A stretch of 64,000 nucleotides of DNA, from NCBI RefSeq assembly GCF_021869535.1, contig NW_026262615.1, positions 28,396,001 through 28,460,000 of the forward strand. Direction: 5' to 3'. The position numbers and the translations under genes are program-made. The notes under the pieces were generated by a model. That model ran no database searches and was not told the DNA's origin. It was given only the letters and a program-made list of their open reading frames with translations. This DNA is from Mytilus californianus. Taxonomy: Eukaryota. Positions 1-11,407 of this stretch are shown piece by piece (within the stretch, counting starts at the first letter, position 1; the number at the start of each line of letters is the position of its first letter).

Positions 1-36
1 TCTGTGATACAGTGGGAAACAGCGACTCCATACCGC
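1..36 (-). pseudogene. DHDH: DHDH-like exon 4 (partial, cut by window edge)
   Basis: cag acceptor at 39-37, phase 0, AVWSRCFPLYHR follows FFME as expected. Confidence 0.8.
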
Positions 37-217
37 CTGTTGTCATTTATTTGTATTACATAAGAAACATTTAGTTATATAACTTATTTGTATTTCTACT
101 GATTAAAGTGACGAGGGAGGGTTGTATACACACAAAACAATCTTTGTCACATTTTTGGTGCTTTTCAGGAAAGTTGTCATTGTTGGTAACTTTTCAGTCT
201 TCTTTTTTTTTGGAAAA

Positions 218-243
218 AGGGGGGAGGGGGGGGGGGGGGGGGG
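218..243. repeat. poly-G tract
   Basis: Almost pure G run. Confidence 0.9.
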
Positions 244-630
244 TCTGGGGGTGATTACTTGGAATTACTTTTAAGTATTCTTGTTATTTCGGCTTCAATC
301 ATTTATGTATTACTATATTTAAGGATTTAGTCAGGTGAAATTAAAAGAAATCTGGAATTTAAAATTGATACTATAAATCAGAAGAACATTAGTTAAGGAA
401 CAAAATAAGCTAAAAATATTGATAGGTTATGGAACACCTTTTTGAGATATTTGATTTAAAAAAAATAGCGGGAAAAGGCTGATTTGGGCTTTTACCTTAT
501 ATTTAGCCTTGGCATTATTAGGATCTCAAATCGTAAGAAAAGAAATCTAGAATCTGCTTAAATTTTGGCAATGACCTTTTATGGGATATTGAAGTCTTCT
601 ATGAAAAGAAAAGTGGGTAATATGGGGCAA

Positions 631-851
631 TAAGTTATCAAAGGTACCAGGCTTATAATTTGATACGCCAGACGCGCGTTTCGACTACATGAGACTCATC
701 AGAGACGCTCAGATCAAAATCGTTAGAAAGCCTAACAAGTATAAAGTTGGAAGAGCATTGAGGACCTAAAATTCCAAAAAGTTGTGCCAAATACGGCTAA
801 GGTAATCTATGCTTGGGATAAGAAAATCCTTAGTATTTCGAATAATTTGTA
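631..851 (-). mobile_element. Short hammerhead-ribozyme-containing retroelement (retrozyme/Penelope-related)
   Basis: Absent from the second host copy at 38985-39000; homologous to 49280-49440 and 52155-52450. Confidence 0.75.
664..710 (-). ncRNA. Minimal type I hammerhead ribozyme motif, core intact
   Basis: Minus strand GCGUCU CUGAUGA GUC ucaugua GUC GAAA CGCGCG UC UGGCGU; one U-U mismatch in stem I and one in stem II. Confidence 0.8.
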
Positions 852-1108
852 CAAAATATTTTACCCCAAAAAACAAAAAAAGGAGTCCGAACATCTGACA
901 AAAATTCCTAAACCGGAAATGACTACATCCTTAACGTATGTGCTTGTTCTTGTGTACCAGTTTCATATTTGTGTCACGTTATTCATATATCCAAAAAACT
1001 TTTCATTTGAGCTTAATTTGTCATTGGACGTAATGACAATTAAATGGGGTGATACACTTAATGAAACCAAATTTCAATATGGGATACTTATGGAGTTTGT
1101 ATTCTTAT

Positions 1109-1807
1109 TTAAGAATTGGATGCTTCTTTTTGTAAATTTATTGGGGTGTAAAAGCGTTGACCGAACTACATTTTGTATGAAGCGCTTCCCTAAAATGTGC
1201 GCACAGTCAACGCTTTTACAACCCTATAAAATTACTAAAAGAAGCATTCAATACTTATAATTACATTTTTTTGCTAGGATCATGAAAACACGATTTCTAT
1301 CAAGTTTTTCTTTTATTTACCTGTGCACTTTATTGTGGAAGCTCATATGTCATCATGAATGTTACATTTCATTTTGAAATGAAGGTTAATTTCAGAATGA
1401 CGCGAGATTGCTGTTAGCCAATCAAAATAACGTATTATAATGAAACATACATATAATGTAATTATTTATCTATTGTATTATTATGCCACATGCAGTGTAT
1501 TGTGTACTAATTACATTACAAGTATGTTTCATAAGAAACGGTACTTTTGGTTGGCTGACAACAATTCCAAAATAAGATTTTATTTCCTAGTAAAATGTAA
1601 CATTAATGACAACACGTGCTTCCCGTGACGACGTGACAACAATGCATAGGAAAACAAACGAAACATTTGATATAACTCGGAATTTCACGGTTGTAACATA
1701 AAAAATGTAATTATAAGAATTGAATGCTTCTTTTTTGTAATTTTATAGCGCTTCGGTCAACACATTTACACCGCAATAAAGTTACAAAAAACCTATTGAA
1801 TTCTTAA
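1109..1807. mobile_element. TTAA-flanked element with a hairpin at each end
   Basis: Inverted arms 1111-1161/1206-1256; the same terminal sequence recurs at 1714-1747 and, degenerate, at 1775-1805; TTAA at 1109-1112 and 1804-1807. Confidence 0.65.
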
Positions 1808-2143
1808 CTTTATATATATAAGTGTTGGATGCAGTTAAAATACGTGTGTCTACCTAGGAACTAATCCTTTTATCTAGATTGATCTATTTAATTGTTTTAA
1901 TTTTCTCGTTTGATTTGTTTTACATTTGTCATTTCGGGGACTTTTATAGCTTGCTATGTAGAATGGGTTTTCCTCATTGTTAATGGCCGTAAGGTAACCT
2001 ATAGTTGCTAACTTCTACGTCATTTTGTCTCTGGTGGAGAGTTTTTTAATTAACTATCATACTGCATTTTTTTATTTTTAAGACCGTACAAAACAATGTT
2101 AACTATAACTAATTGAGACTCAAATTATATATATTCTACATAC

Positions 2144-2307
2144 CTCCATAAAAAAGAGATGTTTCTATTGGGCTAGATTATAAACCAGTTTGACATCTTC
2201 AAGTGTATCTGCTAATGGTTTCTCACAGAGAACATGCTTTCCTGCCTTCAGTATTTGAATACTCAACCTGACGTGTTCAGTGTGTGCACTTCCGATGTAT
2301 ACTATTT
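2144..2307 (-). pseudogene. DHDH: DHDH-like exon 3 (164 nt), TAG at 2167-2165
   Basis: ccttttttag-type acceptor, GAG|GTATGT donor, GKHVLCEKP motif. Confidence 0.92.
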
Positions 2308-2499
2308 CTAAAAAGGAAAAGCATTTTTTGAATTTTATCATTTTGTGTGACTATTTCGGTGATAGTTGCTTAGCAACACAAACAATAAGAACGACAACAA
2401 CAGCACCTCATCATTTAAGAGTGGATTAAATAGACATAGCAGATATTATTAAATTGACTACAAGCAAAAAAAGTATATGCTCAATACACGATGTACCAT

Positions 2500-2720
2500 A
2501 AAAGTGAAATGGAGAATACCAAAGGGATATTAAAACTCATAAGTCGAAAATAAACTGACATCTCCATGGCGAAAAAACGAAAAACAACCAAAAACACAAA
2601 CAACAGTATACAAAACACAACATAGAAAACTAAAGACTGGGCTATCAGAACCCCACGAAAAACGGGGTGATCTCGGGTGCTCCGTAAGAGTAAGCAGTTC
2701 CTGCTCCACATGTGGCATGT
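2500..2720 (-). repeat. Dispersed repeat (family also at 19750-20140, 33290-33410, 46321-46497, 46740-46930, 60040-60070)
   Basis: Shared motifs AAACTCATA..TCGAAAA.AAACTGACA and GGGGTGATCTC.GGTGCTCC. Confidence 0.75.
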
Positions 2721-2909
2721 GTAACTGAGAGATGTACAGAAAGATCTGTTTCAGATTGGAAATATACCCTTTGAAACAAACTAAGGTGCCTTGTGATACT
2801 TACAGATATTAGTTACTTTGAGTTATATTTCAAATTCGGCAACACAGATTTGCACTAAGGTAGCAACGGTAAAACTTTACATCCAACCTTAGTTTGCAGT
2901 ATGTTTGGT

Positions 2910-3230
2910 TGATTAATTGATTGATTGGTGTTTAACGCCACTTTCAGCACTATTGTGCTATTTCGTGGCGGTCAGGTTATATTGGAGGAGGAAGTGTCCG
3001 GAGAGAACCACCGACCGTTGGTAGGGAAACTGACAATCCTAGTTGCTTACTTCTACGTCATTTTGTCTCTGGTGGAGAGTTTTTCATACTGCAATTTTTT
3101 ATTTTTAAGACCGTACAAAACAATGTTATCTATAACTAATTGAGACTCAATTTATATATATTCTACATACCTCCATAAAAAAGAGATGTTTCTCTTGGGC
3201 TAGATTATGAAGGAGTCGAACGCACGTGCG
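2910..3230 (-). mobile_element. SINE-like element with (AATC)n tail, interrupted by a ~170 bp insertion
   Basis: Minus-strand 3' end GAAAGTGGCGTTAAACACCAATCAATC; same terminus at ~61790-61860. Confidence 0.6.
3040..3208. repeat. Direct copy of 2002-2181 (3' end of DHDH exon 3, its donor and intron)
   Basis: Near-identical by eye over ~170 bp, with an ~11 nt indel. Confidence 0.92.
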
Positions 3231-3406
3231 GTATAAAAAAATATACATTTGGAGAACCTTTCGGACAATTGAAACTCAATAACACGGACGATTTTTTGTG
3301 AGGTATTTACCTTGTATTGTAACTTTTGTGTTGATCGGTAGTACAATATAACCGCCGAATGACCAAAACCTGTAACTAATGATAGTTGAACAGAATAAAT
3401 AACAAG

Positions 3407-3530
3407 ATTGTGATATCATACCTTACGAACTGAAAATTCTGATATCATACCTTACGAACTGAAAATTGTGATATCATAACTTACGAACTGAAAATTGTGA
3501 TATCATAACTTACGAACTGAAAATTGTGAT
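3407..3530. repeat. 29-bp minisatellite, ~4.3 copies
   Basis: Unit ATTGTGATATCATA(C/A)CTTACGAACTGAAA. Confidence 0.95.
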
Positions 3531-3965
3531 GTTTTCCAGTAGAAACTCAGACAAAGGTCGCATAGTATCACCGGTATTGCATGTGCATTTGTGGTTAAAA
3601 AGTTATATTTTTTTACATCCCATTATCTTACTTAACTTTCAACAAGTAATTATGGAAACTACACACCGATTGTTATTCAGAATTGAATTGGAAATGCAAT
3701 ACTTTAAATGAAACAAACAACTACAATTCAAAACGAAGCTCACTACTGATAGATAAGTTTCATATGTAATACTAGATATTTCTTTGTGGGTTACAGAATT
3801 TTATTTAGATTTCTATTGCGAAGGATGAACTATCGCTGCAACAACCCTTAAAAAGGAGTGGTTGATTGATTGGTGATTGGTTGCTTATAACGTCCAGTGT
3901 CAAATATTTCATGCATGTTCAGGACGAACAACGTTAACAGGAGTGAAACATTCAAACAAATGCAT

Positions 3966-4176
3966 TACTGTAAATTCAGAAATTATTGCGTATATTTATT
4001 ATTGCGATTTTTCAAGGATGGACAAAAATGCGAGATTAATTATTGCGATATCATGAAAATCTGCATACAGATATATGTAACAGACAACAGAATGCGAGTT
4101 CTTATTATTGCGATAGTCACCCAGTCGCATTATTCGCATTAATAAAAACCTTGCAATAATTTCTGAATTTACAGTA
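3966..4176. mobile_element. MITE with 22-bp perfect TIRs and TA target duplication (Tc1/mariner-type)
   Basis: TA-CTGTAAATTCAGAAATTATTGC ... GCAATAATTTCTGAATTTACAG-TA. Confidence 0.85.
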
Positions 4177-4177
4177 C

Positions 4178-4289
4178 CAATTTCCGGATCTGCTGCAAAC
4201 TGTTCATATGAACTGTAGGTTTTTGGAATGTAAAATGTAGTCGCGAACTTCTGTGCAGTGTCTAGAGATCATGAAACAACAGCAACTTT
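4178..4289 (-). pseudogene. DHDH: DHDH-like exon 2 (112 nt), TGA at 4271-4269
   Basis: tttctttag acceptor, G|GT donor; the TGA falls where the family usually has Arg (CGA>TGA plausible). Confidence 0.9.
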
Positions 4290-4791
4290 CTAAAGAAAAA
4301 CGAAAAATTCAGGTGTACATATTTTCACTATTTATAGGTATTTCTTTTGCTCTATTGTTGGTGATATGCACTTCATAAATACAGAAAAAAGATAAATTAC
4401 TGCAAATACAATAACCGATGTCAAACAAAATGTGTCAGGAATTTAATTACCTCCCTTTTTTACGCTGATGTCGACTAATAGGAACTCAGTTTAACTAATG
4501 GATTAATATGCATTAGAAACTACGAAAAATGTAGAAAATTTCGAAGCTTGATAATGAATAAAGTACGTGACCCAAGTTTAAAGTTGCGGCAATATATAAA
4601 TACACAAAACGCAACAAACTCTGATGCGTGGGGCTATCTTCATGATAATACTATACAAGTTAAACAAGAGAAAGAAATCAATGAATCGATTAGTATACGA
4701 TATTTTTCATTAAAAAAGTCGCAAATGCAAAACTTCTTTAAAAAGAAATGATTACAATAAAACTCATAAAAATAACGGTAACATGTCTAAC

Positions 4792-4892
4792 CTGATGGCC
4801 CTCTGATGGTAGGGTTTTTAATGCTGAACAAAAATCGCTGCAGATTTTTCCAATACTGCATATCCCCCATTTTAGAACCATTGGAATTATTT
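4792..4892 (-). pseudogene. DHDH: DHDH-like first coding exon (ATG at 4881)
   Basis: Acceptor ttttacag before 4892, donor CAG|GTTAG at 4791; encodes MVLKWGICSIGKICSDFCSALKTLPSEGHQ. Confidence 0.9.
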
Positions 4893-5444
4893 CTGTAAAA
4901 TAAGAAGAGAAACATACAGGTTCATATAATAGGCAATGGCAATATATGATATCCCGTCTTTGATGCACATCATGCATTCGATATATACACGAGATATATT
5001 CAAACTCGTATTAACAACACACATGTATGGTGGCTGGTATTGTATAAGGCCAATGCATTTAGAAAATAAAACAGTAACTTAACTCAATATTATATTTTTA
5101 ACCTTTTTATAAAAAAAAATACCGAAACATAAAGCGAGTGTACAAAAAGGGGAATGATTTACCCATACATGCAAATCAAATATACACAAAGAGTGGAACT
5201 TTCACCTCAAATTAATGCATATTCATGATTTGTCGATATGAATAGGTGCTTTGCTAACTTTGTACTAGACCGACACGCTGAGTCGAACTTTTTCCGAGAT
5301 AGTTCACAAAAAAGCAGTCCGCAAAATGACATGTCACCCTATCGGACATATTCTAACTAAGAGCCGACCATTATTTGTTATAACTCCCTAACGCCGCGTT
5401 GTAAGTGAAAAGGCAATAAATACCAATAATGAATTCCTTTGGAA

Positions 5445-5515
5445 TTACGCGGGCGGATTTGAACCCATGACCTACCGCACTGGAGACGAGAACGCTACCA
5501 AGTGACCATCGAGGC
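5445..5515 (-). other. tRNA-derived sequence (SINE head or tRNA relic, CCA anticodon-like loop)
   Basis: A-box-like TGGTCACTTGG and B-box GGTTCAAATCC; acceptor stem does not pair. Confidence 0.5.
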
Positions 5516-6056
5516 GGTTTCTATCTTCATGACAATAAACAGTTTTAATAAGTGAAATAAATCACTGCATCTAAAAGGATACGAAATTGTCTACCTTAAA
5601 CAGTTTATCTTCAATTCTCAAAGTGCGAGGCTTACCGAGGGTTTAATCTATGTTTTTTTAATTTTATAATCGGGCATGGAAACTATCTAATTGCAAGGGT
5701 TACATGTTCCTTAAAAGTTTTATCTGAGGACGTCATGAACCAAAACAAAATTAATTTGTACCCGAAAGACAATGCACAATTGTGATATAACTTCGGTTTT
5801 AATAGTAAGGATCTTCCCATAACTTTTTAATACATACTCGAAAATCACCAACATCTCTCAAAACTGCAATATTTGTCATATTATTTAGATTAAGCAATAT
5901 CTATTTAGATCAATCATCACATAACAGTATAATACACCTGCAATAGATATATAGGATTCAGAAACAAGTAAAGTTGTCTCCCATACATTTGTCCTTGAAA
6001 ATAGGCTATAGGTTCACACATACATGATAATGATGTTATAAGATAAAAAGAAAAAA

Positions 6057-6060
<4 letters not shown>

Positions 6061-6094
<34 letters not shown>
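6061..6094. repeat. (CA)n microsatellite
   Basis: Direct reading. Confidence 0.97.
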
Positions 6095-6097
<3 letters not shown>

Positions 6098-6910
6098 GTA
6101 ACCGCCGTACTTTAAATTTTAATAACCGGTATGGAATAAATTCAGTCAATGGGTCCTTCCTACTTCGTCGTGTCATTTCATGGAAACAAAATAATATTTA
6201 GGATCCACACATCAAAGTAAACTCTAAAGATTACAAGTGTATTTTTACTCACAAATCAGTGGTCTAGCTTTTTCACCTGTTCTATATATTTATCTTGTTT
6301 CTATATTGGTGTTATCTTATAAGTAACACACAAGTATCTATATATAGTTTAATAAATCTAATATAGAATTCAGCGTTACTGAACTATATCCAACAGTTTT
6401 CAACAAAATAATGAACCCTTATCGTACCCTAACGCCATAAAAAAATGAATGCTGCAGAAAATTAACCCTGATCTGTGTTGGATAGCAAGCATTTCCTATA
6501 CATATTGTCTCATCAGAAATTAACTAATATGTGTCACATTTTCATGCTTCGTAATGTATTTTGATAAAGATGCAAAATTGAGATGGAATTTAGTGATTCA
6601 TATAAGGTTAATATCGTACCATGCAGACTTTATTTATCCTGTTGTACGAAAATATTCACAATTCTATAAAGCATTTCTGTGTAGTGCAAGATACTTTTTA
6701 TTCTCAATATACTGAAAAATTGGGTTTCTTAATAACCTCCTGTTCATATAACCATGAGACTATTCTTACAAATAGTTGCAAATTGGCTACGATATATGGG
6801 TGTATGATGTACATTTCAAGTGAGGTCCAATTGTGAAATTCCCATTTTCAGTAAATTAATCAAACTTCATCAGCTACAAAGGTTTGTTGTTTTGAAGTGA
6901 AATAAAATGT

Positions 6911-9900
6911 AACATTTTCAACATTCAACATTCGATTTCAACATTCAACATTCAAAATTTTTTTTTTTAAACTTTTTTTTCAATTTTTTTTTTTTTTTTC
7001 AACTTTCGTTTTTCAACATTCACCATTCGTTTTGAACATTTAACATTCGTTTTCAATATTCAACATTCGTTTTCAACATTCGATTTTCAATATTCAACAT
7101 TCGATTTTCAACATTTAGCATTCGTTTTCAATATTCAACATTCGTTTTCAACATTCAACATTCGTTCTCAACATTCAACATTCGATTTTCAACTTTCAAC
7201 ATTCGTTTTCAACATTCAACATTCGTTTTCAATATTCAACATTCGTTTTCAACATTCGATTTTCAATATTCAACATTCGTTTTCAACATTCAACATTCGT
7301 TTTCAACATTCGATTTTCAATATTCAACATTCGTTTTCAACATTCAACATTCGTTTTCAACATTCGATTTTCAATAATCAACATTCGTTTTCAACATTCA
7401 ACATTCGTTTTCAACATTCAACATTCAACATTCGTTTTCAACATTCAACATTCATTTTCAACATTCGATTTCAACTTTCAACATTCGTTTTCAACATTCA
7501 ACATTCGTTTTCAACATTCGATTTTCAATATTCAACATTCGTTTTCAACATACAACATTCGTTTTCAACATTCGTTTTCAACATTGAACATTCGTTTTCA
7601 ACATTCGATTTTCAACTTTCAACATTAGTTCTCAACATTCAACATTCGTTTTCAACATTCAATTTTCAATATTCAACATTCGTTTACAACATTCAACATT
7701 CGTTTTCAACATTCGATTTTCAACTTTCAACATTCGTTTTCAACATTCAACATTCGTTTTCAATATTCAACATTCAATTTTCAACATTTAACATTCGTTT
7801 TCAATATTCAACATTCGTTTTCAACATTCAACATTCGTTTTCAACATTCAACATTCGTTTTCAACATTCAGCATTCGTTTTCAATATTCAACATTCGTTT
7901 TCAACATTCGATTTTCAATATTCAACATTCGTTTTCAACATTCAACATTCGTTTTCAACATTCGATTTTCAATATTCAACATTCGTTTTCAACATTCAAC
8001 ATTCGTTTTCAACATTCGATTTTCAATATTCAACATTCGTTTTCAACATTCAACATTCGTTTTCAACATTCAACATTCAACATTCGTTTTCCACATTCAA
8101 CATTCATTTTCAACATTCGATTTCAACTTTCAACATTTGTTTTCAACATTCAACATTCGTTTTCAACATTCGATTTTCAATATTCAACATTCGTTTTCAA
8201 CATTCAACATTCGTTTTTAACATTCGTTTTCAACATTGAACATTCGTTTTCAACATTCGATTTTCAATATTCAACATTCGTTTTCAACATTCAACATTCG
8301 TTTTCAACATTCAACATTCGTTTTCAACATTCGATTTTCAATATTTAACATTCGTTTTCAACATTCAACATTCGTTTTCAACATTCGATTTTCAATATTC
8401 AACATTCGTTTTCAACATTCAACATTCGTTTTCAACATTCAACATTCGTTTTCAACTTTCAACATTCGTTTTCAACATTCAACATTCGTTTTCAACATTC
8501 GATTTTCAACTTTCAACATTCGTTTTCAACATTCAACATTCGTTTCCAAAATTCAACATTCGTTTTCAACTTTCGTTTTTCAACATTCAACATTCGTTTT
8601 CAACGTTTAACATTCGTTTTCAATATTCAACATTCGTTTTCAACATTCAACATTCGATTTTCAACTTTCAACATTCGTTTTCAACATTCAACATTCGTTT
8701 TCAACATTCAACATTCGTTTTCAACATTCGAATTTCAACATTCAACAATCGTTTTCAACATTCAACATTCATTTTCAACATTCAATTTTCAATATTCAAC
8801 ATTCGTTTTCAACATTCAACATTCGTTTTCGATATTCGATTTTTAATATTCAACATTCGTTTTCAACATTCAACATTCATTTTCAACATTCGATTTTAAC
8901 TTTCAACATTCGTTTTCAACATTCAACATTCGTTTTCAACATTCGATTTTCAACTTTCAACATTCGTTTTCAACATTCAACATTCGTTTCCAACATTCAA
9001 CATTCGTTTTCAACATTCGAATTTCAATATTCAACATTCGTTTTCAACATTCAACGTTCGTTTTCAACATTCAACATTCGTTTTCAACATTCAACATTCG
9101 TTTTCAACATTCGATTTTCAACTTTCAACATTCGTTTTCAACATTCAACATTCGTTTTCAACATTCAACATTTCTTTTCAACATTCGATTTTCAATATTC
9201 AACATTCGTTTTCAACATTCAACATTCGATTTCAACATTCAACATTCAAAATGGATTTTTTTGTTAAACTTTTTTTTCATTTTTTTTTTTTAAACTTTCG
9301 TTTTTCAACATTCAACATTCGTTTTCAACGTTTAACATTCGTTTTCAATATTCAACATTCGTTTTCAACATTCAACATTCGATTTTCAACTTTCAACATT
9401 CGTTTTCAACATTCAACATTCGTTTTCAACATTCAACATTCGTTTTCAACATTCGAATTTCAACATTCAACATTCGTTTTCAACATTCAACATTCATTTT
9501 CAACATTCGATTTTCAATATTCAACATTCGTTTTCAACATTCAACATTCGTTTTCGATATTCGATTTTTAATATTCAACATTCGTTTTCAACATTCAACA
9601 TTCGTTTTCAACATTCGAATTTCAACATTCAACATTCGTTTTCAACATTCAACATTCATTTTCAACATTCGATTTTCAATATTCAACATTCGTTTTCAAC
9701 ATTCAACATTCGTTTTCGATATTCGATTTTTAATATTCAACATTCGTTTTCAACATTCAACATTCGTTTTCAACATTCAACATTCGTTTTCAACATTTGA
9801 ATTTCAACATTCAACATTCGTTTTCAACATTCAACATTCATTTTCAACATTCGATTTTCAATATTCAAAATTCGTTTTCAACATTCAACATTCGTTTTCG

Positions 9901-11407
9901 ATATTCGATTTTTAATATTCAACATTCGTTTTCAACATTCAACATTCGTTTTCAACATTCAACATTGTTTTTCAACATTCAATTTTCAATATTCAGCATT
10001 CGTTTTCAACATTCAACATTCGTTTTCAACATTCAACATTCGTTTTCAACATTCGATTGTCAATATTCAGCATTCGTTTTCAACATTCAATATTCGTTTT
10101 AAACATTCGATTTTCAACTTTCAACATTCGTTTTCAACATTCAACATTCGTTTTTAACATTCGATTTTCAATATTCAACATTCGTTTTCAACATTCAACG
10201 TTCGTTTTCAACATTCAACATTCGTTTTCAACATTCAACATTCGTTTTCAACATTCGATTTTCAATATTCAACATTCGTTTTCAACATTCAACGTTCGTT
10301 TTCAACATTCAACATTCGTTTTCAACATTCAACATTCGTTTTCAACATTCGATTTTCAACTTTCAACATTCGTTTTCAACATTCAACATTCGTTTTCAAC
10401 ATTCAACATTCGTTTTCAACATTCGATTTTCAATATTCAACATTCAACGTTCGTTTTCAACATTCAACATTCGTTTTCAACATTCAACATTCGTTTTCAA
10501 CATTCGATTTTCAACTTTCAACATTCGTTTTCAACATTCAACTTTCGTTTTCAACATTCAATTTTCAATATTCATCATTCGTTTTCAACATTCAACATTC
10601 GTTTTCAACATTCAACATTCGTTTTCAACATTCGTTTTCAACATTCAACATTCTTTTTTGAACATTCAACATTCGTTTTTAACATTCGATTTTAAATATT
10701 CAATATTCGTTTTGAACATTCGATTTTCAATATTCAACATTCGTTTTCAACATTCAACATTGTTTTTCAACATTCGATTTTCAACTATCAACATTCGTTT
10801 TCAACATTCAACATTCGTTTTCAACATTCAACATTCGTTTTCAACATTCGAATTTAACATTCAACATTCGATTTCAACATTCAACCTTCGTTTTCAACAT
10901 TCGATTTTCAACTTTCAACATTCGTTTTCAACATTCAACATTCGTTTTCAACATTCAACATTCGTTTTCAACATTCAACATTCGTTTTCAACATTCGATT
11001 TTTAACATTTAACATTCGTTTCTAACATCCAACATTCGTTATCGACAATCGATTTCCAACTTGACATTAAACATTTAACATTCGTTATAAACATTCGATT
11101 TTCAACATTCAACATTCGTGTTCAACATTCAACATTCGTGTTCAACAATCAACATTCGTTTTCAACATTCAACATTCGTTTTCAACATTCAACATTCGTT
11201 TTCAACATTCGATTTTTAGACATTCAACATTCGTTTCTAACATCCGACATTCGTTATCGACATTTGTTCTTTCAACATTCAGCATTTAACATTCGTTATC
11301 AACATTCAATTTTCAACATTCAACATTCGTTTTCAACATTCAACATTCGTTTTCAACATTTAATATTCGTTTTAAACATTCAACATTTGTTTTCAACATT
11401 CAACATT
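6911..11407 (+). repeat. Minisatellite array, left arm (~4.5 kb)
   Basis: Built from CAACATT and CGTTTT modules (13/20/27-nt units such as TTTTCAACATTCAACATTCG). Confidence 0.97.

Larger units (their letters stand above)
319..934. mobile_element. TTAA-flanked non-autonomous DNA element (Kolobok-like), interrupted by a hammerhead-bearing insert
   Basis: TTAA at 319-322 and 931-934; termini GGATTTAGTCA / TGACTACATCC (RR...YY, as in Kolobok). An uninterrupted partial copy lies at ~38900-39079. Confidence 0.7.
1..4892 (-). pseudogene. DHDH: DHDH-like (trans-1,2-dihydrobenzene-1,2-diol dehydrogenase, Gfo/Idh/MocA family) gene, 4 exons in window, two in-frame stops; continues beyond position 1
   Basis: Manual splicing with GT-AG sites and matching phases of 4892-4792, 4289-4178, 2307-2144 and 36-1 gives MVLKWGICSIGKICSDFCSALKTLPSEGHQ/KVAVVS*SLDTAQKFATTFYIPKTYSSYEQFAADPEI/EIVYIGSAHTEHVRLSIQILKAGKHVLCEKPLADTLEDVKLVYNLAQ*KHLFFME/AVWSRCFPLYHR. 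This has the Rossmann start and the CEKP and ME-A-W-R motifs of the family. Confidence 0.9.

Noticed and set aside
784-1260. 158-aa ORF
   Set aside because: Runs across three different repeat elements within a DHDH intron; no recognisable motif
3407-3530. Short tandem arrays (also 19885, 59252, 62110) as possible CRISPR-like arrays
   Set aside because: Head-to-tail units with no unique spacers, in a eukaryotic context
5445-5515. Functional tRNA-Trp
   Set aside because: Acceptor and T stems do not pair; kept only as a tRNA-derived relic
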